Assembly (NCBI GenBank): GCA_965368975.1
Contig: CBDUPA010000013.1
Coordinates: forward strand, 128,001 to 192,000
Source: an uncultured bacterium
GTDB lineage: Bacteria; Acidobacteriota; Thermoanaerobaculia; Multivoradales; JAHZIX01
Direction: 5' to 3'
Length of the DNA stretch: 64,000 nucleotides
The position numbers and the translations under genes were made by a program. Below are positions 33,336 through 42,852 of this stretch, piece by piece (within the stretch, counting starts at the first letter, position 1; each line of letters opens with the position of its first letter). The notes beneath the pieces are model-generated. The model did no database searches, was not told where the DNA came from, and saw only the letters and a list, made by a program, of their open reading frames with translations.

Positions 33336-36263
33336 TTACAGGTAACCCAACGCACGCAATTGCGCTTGCAGCTCGGCGGGCAGCGGTTCCGTGTTGGCAC
33401 TCGCATCACGAATCTCTTCCAGGCCCTCCCACCACAGCATGACGCCGACCTCGTCTGGACGCAGGGCCCGGTCGAGCAGTTCGAAGTTCTTGCCGTCGAA
33501 GCGGGCGGCTCGGAAGCTGCCAAGGTCGTCGAGGTGTAGGTACAGCGCCTTGGTCAGGCCATCGTCGCGCAGGACGTGAAAGCGCGCGAAGTCGGTCTCG
33601 GACTCGAAGAAGAGAGTGAAGGTCTCCCCCGCGGGGATGCGAAAGTGAGCGGTCTGGATGTCCGGATCCAGACGCAGGCAGGTGGCGCCCGCCAACCACT
33701 CCTCAGCGAGCCCCACGTCGCGGCTCGGCGTCGACACACTCGCTGACGGTGCCACGGTATCTTCCTCGACCAGCGGGGGGGAACACTGCAAGTCGACCGT
33801 CTTCAGGTTGCTGGCGAAAAGGGGGGCCGGGCTACTACGGAAGCGGCCGTACCAGTCGCGGCCGCGCGGATTCTGGATGCGCAAGCGAGTACCGCTGACC
33901 TGGCGAATGAAGCCGCGGTGCAGCTGACGCAGAAGCTGGCGGGCCGTCTCGGAGTCGCCGCCATTGAGGTCTTCCTCGCCCACGCCTTCGCCACCCGGCC
34001 AGGCGTTGGTGTGCTCGATCACCTTGGTACGGCCGTCCTGCAGGGCGATGCCGTAGTTCGAGCTGGCGGCGTAACTCCAGGCCGGGGGCGGTGGTGGGCC
34101 TTCGCCTTGTACCAGTCCGACCAGCGAAACACCGTCGGCAGGCTTGGCCGGTGGTAGACCCAGGATGTCGAGCAGGGTCGGGACGATGTCTACCGAACGC
34201 ACCTGCTCGGTGACCCGGCGGCCAGCCCACTCGCGACCGGGCACCGCCAAGACCAGCGGTACTTGCAGGTTCTCGTCATAGAGGTAGTAGTGGTTGTAGA
34301 CACCATGTTCACCGAGAAGCTCGCCGTGATCCGAGGTCAGAACGACGACGGTACGCTGAGCCAGATCCAAGCGCTCGAGTGCCGCCAGCAGCCAACCGAG
34401 CTGCCGGTCGAAGTAGGCGATGCTGCTGTCATAGAAGCGGCTCGCGATCTCTGGATCGACGATCTCCGGAGACGGGGCATCGGGAGGGCCCCCGGTGCTG
34501 CCACTGCCCGGCGTGTTCCCAGCCAGTTCGTCGACATCCGACCGATCCGGCTCCTTCCAGCGCAGATAGGACCGGCGGACAAATCCCTCGTCGGCCCGGC
34601 GTGCCGGAACCTCGACGTGAAGCTGGCCGCTCTCCACCCTGCCACCGAAATCTTTGTAGAACGGCTGCCGCGTGCGCAGCGGTCCGTGCACCTCGTAGGT
34701 GTGCAGAAAGAGAAAGAACGGTTGGTCGGCGTGGGCTTCGAGCCAGCGCAAGGTCAGCTCGACGTTGGCTAGCAACTCGTCGTCCGACTTGTCGACACGC
34801 CGATCCCGCCAGTAGCGAAAGGCGTCGAAACCTTGCGCCAAACCATAGCGAGGATGCAGGTAGCCTCCGCCGGTGAAAGCTTGGGTCGTATAGCCCGCAT
34901 CGCGCATGTGCTCGGCGAGCAAGCGCAGGCCTGCGGGGACCTCCTCGCTGCCCAGGTTGACCCCGTGGCGGTGGGCATCGATGCCGCTGAACATCGAGGT
35001 GTGAGACGGTAGCGTCCAGGGGCTCGGTGCCACGACGTCGTCGAACACCACTGCATGTTCGGCCGCCCAGCGGTCGAGGTGGGGCGAGGTCGGGCGGTTG
35101 TAGCCGTAGAGGGAGAGGTGGTCGGCGCGCAGGGTGTCGACCGAGATCAGGACCACGTTGAGCGGCGGCGGAGCCCGATGCCGCGGCGCGACCGCGGTGC
35201 CGCGGTCGTAGACGGCTGGATGCGCCCACAGGCCAGCGACCCGCGAGGCCTGCTCGACATTATCAGCGAGCAAACGTAGCTCCAGCTCCACGCCGTCCTT
35301 CGCCAGCTGCTGGCGGTCGCTGGCATCGTCGGCGCCCTGTAGCACCGTCGCGAGCTGGATGCGCAGTTCTTGCCAGCCGTCCGCCGCTTCGACGCGCCAC
35401 TCAGCCAGCGGCGTCTCCCGCCCCACCAGGGCCAGCTGGAAACGTGCCGGCCCTGACCACGCGGGTACACCGACCGCCGCCCGTAGCTCCGCCTCCGGCG
35501 TCGCGACCAGGCGGCGACGGAGGTGGTCTCCCGGTAGCATCAGGCGGCCCGCCCGCACGTCACCGTCGAGATCGACCTGTACCGTTCCGGCTTGCCACGG
35601 CTCGGCGAGCTGAGGATCGACCTCTTCCCGATACGCCGAGATCTGCTGGACGACGAAGTTGTTGCGCGACAGCGGAACGCGCAACTCCAGCTGCCGGATG
35701 CGACCCGCCCAACCGCGCCGCCCCTCCACCGGAAAACGATAGCGTTCGAGTCCCCGCTGCAGGCGCTCGGGCGAGAAGGCTCGCAAGCTGCCGAAAAAGG
35801 CCTCTTCGGTCGACGACATCCATTTCAGGAGTACAGGACGCCCTCGCAGGCCGCGTGCCACGAACTCGACGGCGTCGACGTCGTCGGCCTCGAAATCGGT
35901 GGCAAGACGCAGCGTGACCCAGACCTGTGCATCGAAGTCGAGCTGCACACCCTGGCGATGTTCGAGTCGCTGCCGCGGCGCCGGCTCGACCTCCAGGTCG
36001 CCGAGATCCGCCGGCTGCTCGAACGTGCGATCCAAGACGGCCTGGCGCCGTAGCAACCGCTGGGGCGCCAGTAGCCCAAGATCCGGCCCCTCCAACCAGT
36101 TGGCGGTTCGGGCGCGCGGGCTGGGCGGTGCAGCGCCGTCGCCACACGCCATGAGGCTGCCGCCCAGCAGCAGCACGCCGACGAGGCAACCCCAAAGCAC
36201 GAGGAAACCCCACAGCACGCCGAACCTCCCCGGCTGTACATCCGCCTTCGCGTCGAACTTCAC
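33336..36263 (-). CDS. Large sulfatase-like hydrolase/transferase, probable lipoprotein (start uncertain)
   Basis: NVVLISVDTLRADHL, SPWTLPSHTSMFSG, FLHTYEVHGP, TSDHGE, QLRALGYL C-terminus; hydrophobic segment ending LMAC. Confidence 0.8.
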   Translation of the reverse strand: MKFDAKADVQPGRFGVLWGFLVLWGCLVGVLLLGGSLMACGDGAAPPSPRARTANWLEGPDLGLLAPQRLLRRQAVLDRTFEQPADLGDLEVEPAPRQRLEHRQGVQLDFDAQVWVTLRLATDFEADDVDAVEFVARGLRGRPVLLKWMSSTEEAFFGSLRAFSPERLQRGLERYRFPVEGRRGWAGRIRQLELRVPLSRNNFVVQQISAYREEVDPQLAEPWQAGTVQVDLDGDVRAGRLMLPGDHLRRRLVATPEAELRAAVGVPAWSGPARFQLALVGRETPLAEWRVEAADGWQELRIQLATVLQGADDASDRQQLAKDGVELELRLLADNVEQASRVAGLWAHPAVYDRGTAVAPRHRAPPPLNVVLISVDTLRADHLSLYGYNRPTSPHLDRWAAEHAVVFDDVVAPSPWTLPSHTSMFSGIDAHRHGVNLGSEEVPAGLRLLAEHMRDAGYTTQAFTGGGYLHPRYGLAQGFDAFRYWRDRRVDKSDDELLANVELTLRWLEAHADQPFFLFLHTYEVHGPLRTRQPFYKDFGGRVESGQLHVEVPARRADEGFVRRSYLRWKEPDRSDVDELAGNTPGSGSTGGPPDAPSPEIVDPEIASRFYDSSIAYFDRQLGWLLAALERLDLAQRTVVVLTSDHGELLGEHGVYNHYYLYDENLQVPLVLAVPGREWAGRRVTEQVRSVDIVPTLLDILGLPPAKPADGVSLVGLVQGEGPPPPPAWSYAASSNYGIALQDGRTKVIEHTNAWPGGEGVGEEDLNGGDSETARQLLRQLHRGFIRQVSGTRLRIQNPRGRDWYGRFRSSPAPLFASNLKTVDLQCSPPLVEEDTVAPSASVSTPSRDVGLAEEWLAGATCLRLDPDIQTAHFRIPAGETFTLFFESETDFARFHVLRDDGLTKALYLHLDDLGSFRAARFDGKNFELLDRALRPDEVGVMLWWEGLEEIRDASANTEPLPAELQAQLRALGYL

Positions 36264-36279
36264 GCGATGTCTTGGTCGA

Positions 36280-36963
36280 TCAGTTGTTCTTGACCGGCCG
36301 ATAGGCCTGCAGCCAGCCCGCGAAGGCAGGCACCTGACGCGTCTGGATCCACACCCTGCCCTGTCCCGAGAAGCGGCACACCAAACCCTCACCGGACAGG
36401 AAGAGCGACTTGTAGCCACCCACGCGCGTGACGTTGTACTGCAAGCCATCGGTAAAGGCGACGATGTGCCCCGTGTCAACCACGTAGTCGCCGCTGACGT
36501 CGATCTCGATCAGCGCACCATAGGTGTTGAACCACAGATCACCGTGGCCCGAACAGCGGATCAGGAACAGCGATTCGCCCGAGAAAAAGCCCTTGGTGAA
36601 ACCTTGCCACTTGCTCTCGACGTTGACGCCCATACCGCTAGCGACGAAGGCAGAGTTCTGCAGGTAGACGGTGTCGCCGTCCAGGTAGACGTGCGCCATG
36701 TCTCCGGGTGGACCGGGCGCAATGCTGATCTCACCACTGCCGCCGCGCGCCGTGAATTCGTTCAGAAACAGCGACTCACCAGTGAGAAAGCGGCTCAGGC
36801 CGCCCTTGAAGCGTGTCTTCATCTCGACGTTCGTGTCCATCGTGGCCATCGCCGAGGCCTCGACGCGGAGGGTCTGTTCAGCCGGGATCTCCACGGTCAG
36901 CAAGGCGAAATCAGGACGGCTCTCGAGGCGGTGCTCGAAGTCGGTCTTGTCTTGGTCGATCAT
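36280..36963 (-). CDS. TIGR00266/AIM24-family protein
   Basis: GESLFLNEF, FFSGESLF, VDTGHIVAF, SGEGLVCRFSGQG. Confidence 0.9.
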   Translation of the reverse strand: MIDQDKTDFEHRLESRPDFALLTVEIPAEQTLRVEASAMATMDTNVEMKTRFKGGLSRFLTGESLFLNEFTARGGSGEISIAPGPPGDMAHVYLDGDTVYLQNSAFVASGMGVNVESKWQGFTKGFFSGESLFLIRCSGHGDLWFNTYGALIEIDVSGDYVVDTGHIVAFTDGLQYNVTRVGGYKSLFLSGEGLVCRFSGQGRVWIQTRQVPAFAGWLQAYRPVKNN

Positions 36964-36974
36964 CGCATTCCTCC

Positions 36975-37655
36975 TCAGCGGGGCCTCAGCTTGGGGCCCA
37001 GATTGCGTCCGAAACTCGGTGGGTTGTGACTCTGGCACCACACCGTGCCCTGGCCCGTGAAGCGGCACACGAGCCCCTCACCGCCGAGGAACGACGACAG
37101 CCAGCTCTTGCCCGCCTTGGTGACGTTGAAATTCAGCGTCTCCTGGAAGGCGACGATGTGGCCCGTGTCGACGATCGTCTCGACCTGACTCATGTCCACC
37201 GGGTAGATCATGCCGAAGGAACTCAGCACCACCTTGCCGCGGCCACTGAGGTGGAGCCAGAACATGCTCTCGCCAGAGAACAAGCTCTTGAAGCCCTGCC
37301 ACCCCATGTCCATCTGCACGCCCGGTTCCGAGGCAACGAAGGACCCGGCTTGCACGATCAGCGTCTCGTCTTGCAGGTCGTAGACCATCATGTCCCCGGG
37401 CAGGCTGGTGGCCAACAGCACTTCCCCACCGTTGGCCGCAGCCGTGTAGTGGTTGAGGAAGAAAGACTCGCCGGCCAACATGCGCTTCATCGCCTTGAGT
37501 ACGCCGCCCTTGCCGCGCTTGTGGGTGGTGGTCTCGATGCTCATGTCGCCGCTCATCGAGATCATCGCTCCCGCCTCCGCGGTGACGTTCTCGCCCGGAG
37601 CCAAAGTCAAGCGCGCGGCGGCGGCGCCGGGGCGATGGAGAAGTTCGACTTCCAT
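36975..37655 (-). CDS. TIGR00266/AIM24-family protein
   Basis: AEAGAMISMS, GESFFLNHY, VDTGHIVAF, GGEGLVCRFTGQG. Confidence 0.9.
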   Translation of the reverse strand: MEVELLHRPGAAAARLTLAPGENVTAEAGAMISMSGDMSIETTTHKRGKGGVLKAMKRMLAGESFFLNHYTAAANGGEVLLATSLPGDMMVYDLQDETLIVQAGSFVASEPGVQMDMGWQGFKSLFSGESMFWLHLSGRGKVVLSSFGMIYPVDMSQVETIVDTGHIVAFQETLNFNVTKAGKSWLSSFLGGEGLVCRFTGQGTVWCQSHNPPSFGRNLGPKLRPR

Positions 37656-37684
37656 GGTGTTCTCCTCTTCTCAGCTAGTCCGGC

Positions 37685-38344
37685 TCACAGCCGCGGGTTG
37701 ATCCAGGACGCCAGGCCGCTCAGCGAACGGCTCTGGATGACGATGTTGCCGGTGCCTTCCATGCGGGTCACCAGCCCTTCTCCACTAGTGAGACTGGAAA
37801 TCAGCCCGCCGGAGAGTTGCGGCTTGAGCTTGAGGTTCGGCGGATAGGCCACCAGGTGCCCCGTGTCGACCACGTACTCGCCGTTGACCTGGCGATCCAG
37901 CAGACCGCCGTAGGCGCCGAACCACAGCTTACCGGTACCCGAGAGCGTGAGACGGAACAGGCCCTCGCGGCCGATCAGGGAGGCGAAGCCGGCCCAGGAC
38001 ATTCCCAGCTTGACGCCCGGCGTCGAGGCCAGGTACGCCCCAGGCTGCAGGCACACCTCCTCGTTGTTCAGGTCCAGCTCACGGATGTCGCCCGGATTGG
38101 GCTGTACCAGCGTCAGACGCCGCACGTGCCCGGTGTTGTTGGTGAAGGTGTTGACGAACATCGATTCGCCACCCAGCACCGACTTGCCAAGCGCACCGAA
38201 GAAGCCTCCGTTGAGCTTGGTGTCGACATCCAGGTCGGCCGCCATGCTCGCCATGGCATCCGCTTCAGCGGTGATGCTCTCCCCCGGCTCGAGGTCGATG
38301 TGCACGTGCGCGAACGCCGGCCCACCGTCGATCTGCGTATTCAT
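37685..38344 (-). CDS. TIGR00266/AIM24-family protein
   Basis: GGESMFVNTF, EGLFRL, VDTGHLVAY, SGEGLV. Confidence 0.9.
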   Translation of the reverse strand: MNTQIDGGPAFAHVHIDLEPGESITAEADAMASMAADLDVDTKLNGGFFGALGKSVLGGESMFVNTFTNNTGHVRRLTLVQPNPGDIRELDLNNEEVCLQPGAYLASTPGVKLGMSWAGFASLIGREGLFRLTLSGTGKLWFGAYGGLLDRQVNGEYVVDTGHLVAYPPNLKLKPQLSGGLISSLTSGEGLVTRMEGTGNIVIQSRSLSGLASWINPRL

Positions 38345-39576
38345 TCGCTGCCTCCTTGTATCGATACTTCGGACCCGCCGAGCAGCTGGTGCAGCCGGTC
38401 CTGGATCACAGTCAAGCGGTCGGGCGGAATCGGCGTTGTCGCCAAGTCGGGATGCCAGCGCTCGCGTAGCTTGCTGATGCGTTCCTCGGTCGCCGGATGG
38501 GTGCTGAGGAAACCCAACGCCTCCTGCACCTCTGCTCCCTCTTCACCCAACATTTCTTGCTGCTGCGCCTGCAGTTTCTCGAAGAACTGAGTCAGGCCGC
38601 GCGGATCGATGCCGGCTACCGTCAGGTACTCCCAGCCGACCTCGTCGGCCTCGCGTTCGAAATCGCGCGAAAAGCCCAACGTCAGCAACTGCAGGCCACC
38701 ATCCGCGACCACGGCGACGATACCGCTGACGTCGCCCAGCAGCATCTGGACGACCACGAAGAGGCCGGCGGCGCTGACCATCTGCCGCAAGCTGTGCCGC
38801 TCGGTGACGTGCGCCAGCTCGTGCCCCAGCACACCCAGCACCTGCTCGGGCGTTTCGGCTTCGAGCAGCAGTCCGGAATGCAACACGACGTGGCCCCCCG
38901 GGATAGCAAAGGCGTTGAGCTCGGGATTGTCGACCACGTGGAAGTCGAACTGATAGCCAGTGTCCGGCACCACGGCCAGCAGCGGAGCGACCAGCTCGTC
39001 TACCTCGGCTTGGAGGTTCGGGTCGTCGATCACCCGCATCGTCGCCTCGACCTGGCCGAAGACCACATCGCCCAGCGCCACCTCGGCTTCCGCTGGCACC
39101 AGGCCGGCGACCAGGCCGACCAGTGGCTCCTTGAGCAGCCACAGCGCGACCAGCGAACCGAGAAGCATCGCCAGGATACTCAGGCCAATCAGACGTCCCA
39201 GGTGCTTCTTGCCGCGCACTGCCGAAAGCTGCGCCGACAGCTGGCGATCGTGCACCAAGTGCGGATCGCGCAACACGCTGTGATCGGGTGTATAAACCGT
39301 GACGTCCGGCTGGTCGGGGTGCGAGAAGAAGATCAAGCGGTCGTTGTTACCACCCAGCCGCATCTGCAAGCCACGTAGCGGCAGGTCGATCTTCAGCCCA
39401 CCAACAGCGGCCCCGAAATGGACGCCACTGGCGTCGAGAAGCAGGCTGCCCGCGGCACGCTTGCCTTGCAAGCAGGGATGGAAGGCAGAGGCGCTGATCG
39501 AACCCGCAGCCGCGACGGTCGCGGCACCCGGAGGGTTCGTCACCGCCGACGAGCCATTGCTGTGCGCCAAACTCAT
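38341..39576 (-). CDS. M48 family membrane-anchored zinc metallopeptidase
   Basis: NAFAIPGG, HELAH, FSRDFEREAD, LSTHP; one TM helix; N-terminal cytoplasmic domain. Confidence 0.88.
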   Translation of the reverse strand: MSLAHSNGSSAVTNPPGAATVAAAGSISASAFHPCLQGKRAAGSLLLDASGVHFGAAVGGLKIDLPLRGLQMRLGGNNDRLIFFSHPDQPDVTVYTPDHSVLRDPHLVHDRQLSAQLSAVRGKKHLGRLIGLSILAMLLGSLVALWLLKEPLVGLVAGLVPAEAEVALGDVVFGQVEATMRVIDDPNLQAEVDELVAPLLAVVPDTGYQFDFHVVDNPELNAFAIPGGHVVLHSGLLLEAETPEQVLGVLGHELAHVTERHSLRQMVSAAGLFVVVQMLLGDVSGIVAVVADGGLQLLTLGFSRDFEREADEVGWEYLTVAGIDPRGLTQFFEKLQAQQQEMLGEEGAEVQEALGFLSTHPATEERISKLRERWHPDLATTPIPPDRLTVIQDRLHQLLGGSEVSIQGGSE

Positions 39577-39726
39577 GCTTCGTGTGGTACCTCTCGGTGA
39601 AGATACCAAGGATCCGGCAGAGCGACAAGCAGACTCCGGCGGCGGCGCGCGGACGGGCAAGAAGGGCTCGAAGGTGTCGCATGTGGGGTTGACGGGGACC
39701 AGGTACCTCCGTAGCATGAGCCAGCC

Positions 39727-41292
39727 ATGGCAGGCAGCGACGAAGTTCTACGCGCGCTCGAGAAAGCGGTCGAACTGTCCCCGGACAGCGGCCCGTTGCG
39801 GCGTCACTTCGGTGAGACGCTGCTCAACCGCGGGCTCTTCGCACGCTCCGAGGAACAATTCAAGGCGGCGCTCGAACTCGATGGCGACGACGCCGAAGCC
39901 AAGTTGGGCATGGCGCGCGCTCTCTACGCCCAGGGCGAAGCGGCCACCGCGCTATTGCTGGTGCGGCAGGTGACACGCGAGTCGCGACGACCGGCGCGGG
40001 CCTACATTCTCTATGCGCGCCTGCTCCTCGGCCTGGGCAGCGTCGAACGGGCGGTTGCGGAGTACTACCGGGGCGTCGAAGAAGATCCGGGGCTGGAAGA
40101 TCCGGCGCTGGCGGCGCAGCTGGGGATCCACCTGGGACCGTCGGCACGCCCGGAAGAGAGCGAGGTCGACACCACGTCCACCGCGGAAATTCCTGCCGAC
40201 CAGATCCCGACCTTCGAGGATGACCACCCTGCCGCCGAGGCGCAGGATCGCAGCAAGGGCGAAGACGGCAGCGACACCGCGGAGGTCCAGATTCCCCCGG
40301 AGGGGATCGCCGCTGCCAAGGGGAAGGATCCGGTCGCCGGCCTCTCCAGCGAGCTGCCGCCGATCACCGAAGAGGGGGAAGCCGGCGAGCGGCGGCGCTC
40401 CGCTGAACGCTACTCCGAAGCCCTACGCCAGTTGTTCGCGGTGCGCCCGCGGCAGACCTTCCAGGACGTCGGCGGCATGGAGACGGTCAAGGAAGAGCTG
40501 CAGACGATGATCCTGCACCCGCTCAACCACCGCGACTTCTATCGCAGCTACGACAAACCGGTCGGCGGCCGCTTGCTGGTCTATGGCCCCCCCGGCTGCG
40601 GCAAGACCCACCTGGCCCGCGCCATCGCCGGCGAAGTGCTGGCTCCCTTCCTCGCCGTCGGCCTGCGTGACCTGGTCGACGTATGGCAAGAAGAGGCCGG
40701 ACAGGTCCTGCAGAAGATCTTCGACCAGGCCCGCCAGCAGACACCTTGGGTGCTGTTCTTCGACGACGTCGACGACTCCTCGACCCAGCACGACGCCCGG
40801 CCTCTGCTGCAACAGCTTCTGAGTGAACTCGATGGGCTCAACGCCAGCAATGACGGCCTGCTGGTGCTGGTAGCGACCAATTCCCCCTGGCGCGCCGAGC
40901 AGGCGCTGCTACGCGAGGATCGTTTCGACCGCGTCCTCTTCCTGCCGCCACCGGACGCCAGCGACCGAGCCGAGATCCTGCGCATCCTCTGCCGTGGCAA
41001 GCCACAGGAGAAGATCGACTTCCAGCACCTCGCCGGCGTCACCGAAGGGTTCACCGGCCGCGACCTGCGCGACCTGGTCGACGAAGCGGTCGAGCGCAAG
41101 TTGGAAGTGTCGCTGGAAGAAGGCCGACCGAATCCACTCAGTACAGCCGACCTGGCGAATGCCGCCGGCCGCGTCGCTCCGTCCAGCTTCCTCTGGTTCG
41201 ATCGCGCCCGGCGCCAGCTCGATCCAGATCCGCAGGAGGGCGAGGTCTACGGCGAGTTGCGCCGCTACCTCGACGCGCACCCGCAAGCCTGA
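39727..41292 (+). CDS. TPR-containing AAA+ ATPase
   Basis: N-terminal TPRs; FQDVGGM, GPPGCGKT, Walker B LFFDDVD, ATN, RFDR. Confidence 0.85.
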   Translation: MAGSDEVLRALEKAVELSPDSGPLRRHFGETLLNRGLFARSEEQFKAALELDGDDAEAKLGMARALYAQGEAATALLLVRQVTRESRRPARAYILYARLLLGLGSVERAVAEYYRGVEEDPGLEDPALAAQLGIHLGPSARPEESEVDTTSTAEIPADQIPTFEDDHPAAEAQDRSKGEDGSDTAEVQIPPEGIAAAKGKDPVAGLSSELPPITEEGEAGERRRSAERYSEALRQLFAVRPRQTFQDVGGMETVKEELQTMILHPLNHRDFYRSYDKPVGGRLLVYGPPGCGKTHLARAIAGEVLAPFLAVGLRDLVDVWQEEAGQVLQKIFDQARQQTPWVLFFDDVDDSSTQHDARPLLQQLLSELDGLNASNDGLLVLVATNSPWRAEQALLREDRFDRVLFLPPPDASDRAEILRILCRGKPQEKIDFQHLAGVTEGFTGRDLRDLVDEAVERKLEVSLEEGRPNPLSTADLANAAGRVAPSSFLWFDRARRQLDPDPQEGEVYGELRRYLDAHPQA

Positions 41293-41316
41293 GCCCACCT
41301 GGTATACCATCGACTG

Positions 41317-41655
41317 ATGCGGCTGCGTACGTTCCTCAGATTCTTGTTCGTCGAATATTGCGTGGTCATCGGACTGCTACTCTTGCTCCTACCCTGGAGC
41401 GACGCCTGGCCGCAAGTGTTCCGTCAAATCCCCCAGTCCGCGGTCAGCGACCTTCTACGCAACTCCTTCGTGCGCAGTGCCATCAGCGCTTTCGGCTTGG
41501 TGCACCTACTCTGGGTTCTGCACGACGTCGACCTCTTCCTGACCCAACTGCGCCAGCGAGCCGAGGAGAGCACGGAGCCGAACACGAGCCTCGCACAAGA
41601 TGAGGAAAGCCTTGACCGACCGGCCGTCGACGCCTCGCCTGCTGGCGATCAGTGA
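41317..41655 (+). CDS. Small membrane protein, unknown function
   Basis: 112-aa ORF with two hydrophobic segments; operonic between the AAA ATPase and thiE. Confidence 0.6.
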   Translation: MRLRTFLRFLFVEYCVVIGLLLLLLPWSDAWPQVFRQIPQSAVSDLLRNSFVRSAISAFGLVHLLWVLHDVDLFLTQLRQRAEESTEPNTSLAQDEESLDRPAVDASPAGDQ

Positions 41656-42295
41656 CCGCCGCAGCGTCGAGCTGGACACCTGGCTCGACCAGCTCGGCGA
41701 CGCCCTGTCCATGACGGCCGGTGCCCTGCCTTCCCCGCCCCTGGCCGTGCTGCTGCGCGAGAAGGATCTCGACGATCGCGCCCTTTTCGAATTGGCGATC
41801 GAGGCCCGCCGACGACTTCCCACCAGTGTACCGCTGCTGATCCACGGCCGCGCCGACATCGCCGTCGCGGCAGGGGCACAAGGCGTCCACCTGGCTTCCG
41901 CGTCTGGGCCCTACGGTACCGCACCACCGCCGCTGCGCGAGTTGTGCCGCTGCTTCGGCGCTGCCCTCGACTTCGGCGTCTCGACGCACCATGTGGACGG
42001 CATCGCCGCCGCGCACCGTGACGGTGCGGCCTACGTCACCTTCAGTCCGGTCTTCACGACCCCGGGCAAAGGCTCGCCGGTCGGTCTCGAGGTTCTGCGC
42101 CAGGCGGTCGCCGCGGCCCCCGTTCCGGTGCTGGCGCTGGGTGGCATCGAGGCAAACAAGCTCGCAGCCGTCGCCGCCACCGGAGCCCACGGCATCGCCG
42201 GCATTCGTTGCTTCCAGCAGCCCCACGTGGCAGCCACACTCCGGGCAGCCACCTCCACATGGCCAGCGGAATGGCCAGCGGAGCCGGTGGCGTGA
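41600..42295 (+). CDS. Thiamine-phosphate synthase (ThiE/TenI family)
   Basis: LREKDL, GAQGVHL, GVSTH, FSPVFTTPGK, VLALGGI. Confidence 0.85.
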   Translation: MRKALTDRPSTPRLLAISDRRSVELDTWLDQLGDALSMTAGALPSPPLAVLLREKDLDDRALFELAIEARRRLPTSVPLLIHGRADIAVAAGAQGVHLASASGPYGTAPPPLRELCRCFGAALDFGVSTHHVDGIAAAHRDGAAYVTFSPVFTTPGKGSPVGLEVLRQAVAAAPVPVLALGGIEANKLAAVAATGAHGIAGIRCFQQPHVAATLRAATSTWPAEWPAEPVA

Positions 42296-42852
42296 AGGAA
42301 CTGCATCGCCACGGAGGCTCTTTGCTGCTCGCCCTGCTGATCGTCATCCTCGATCAGTGGAGCAAGTGGATCATCGAGCTGCACCTCGCACTGCACAGCC
42401 GACACGCCGTCGTCTCTACCGCCGGCTGGGCCGACTGGCTCCCCCTCTCCTTCGATCTCGTGCACGTGCGCAACACCGGCGTCGCCTTCGGCCTGTTCGC
42501 CGACCTCGGCGCCAGCGGCCCCTGGCTGCTCGCCCTGCTCGCCGGCAGCGCGCTGGCCGCGCTGGTGGTCTATTACCTCTACCTGCCAGCGGACGCCCAC
42601 CTCCTGCGTGGCTCCCTGGCTCTGGTGCTCGGCGGCGCCGTCGGCAACCTCATCGACCGTATCCTCGGCGGCGCGGTCACAGACTTTCTCGACATCTACC
42701 TGCGCCTGTCCTCCAGCACGCACCACTGGCCAGCCTTCAACGTCGCCGACAGCGCCATCACCGTCGGCGTCCTCCTGATGGTGATCGGCTCCCTGCGCTA
42801 CGCGCCGACCACGTCGGCGCCCGCCGGCGACGATGCAGGTTCCCCACCATGA
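42292..42852 (+). CDS. lspA: Lipoprotein signal peptidase II
   Basis: LDQWSK, NTGVAFG, GAVGNLIDR, VTDFL, WPAFNVADSAI. Confidence 0.95.
   Translation: MKELHRHGGSLLLALLIVILDQWSKWIIELHLALHSRHAVVSTAGWADWLPLSFDLVHVRNTGVAFGLFADLGASGPWLLALLAGSALAALVVYYLYLPADAHLLRGSLALVLGGAVGNLIDRILGGAVTDFLDIYLRLSSSTHHWPAFNVADSAITVGVLLMVIGSLRYAPTTSAPAGDDAGSPP

Noticed and set aside
36264-36479. Upstream extension of the sulfatase ORF to 36479
   Set aside because: It overlaps the AIM24 gene in another frame; the signal-like segment begins after ~36263.
41991-42848. Long N-terminal extension of the RluD ORF (620 aa in the track)
   Set aside because: It overlaps thiE and lspA; the real start is ATG 42849, coupled to the lspA stop.
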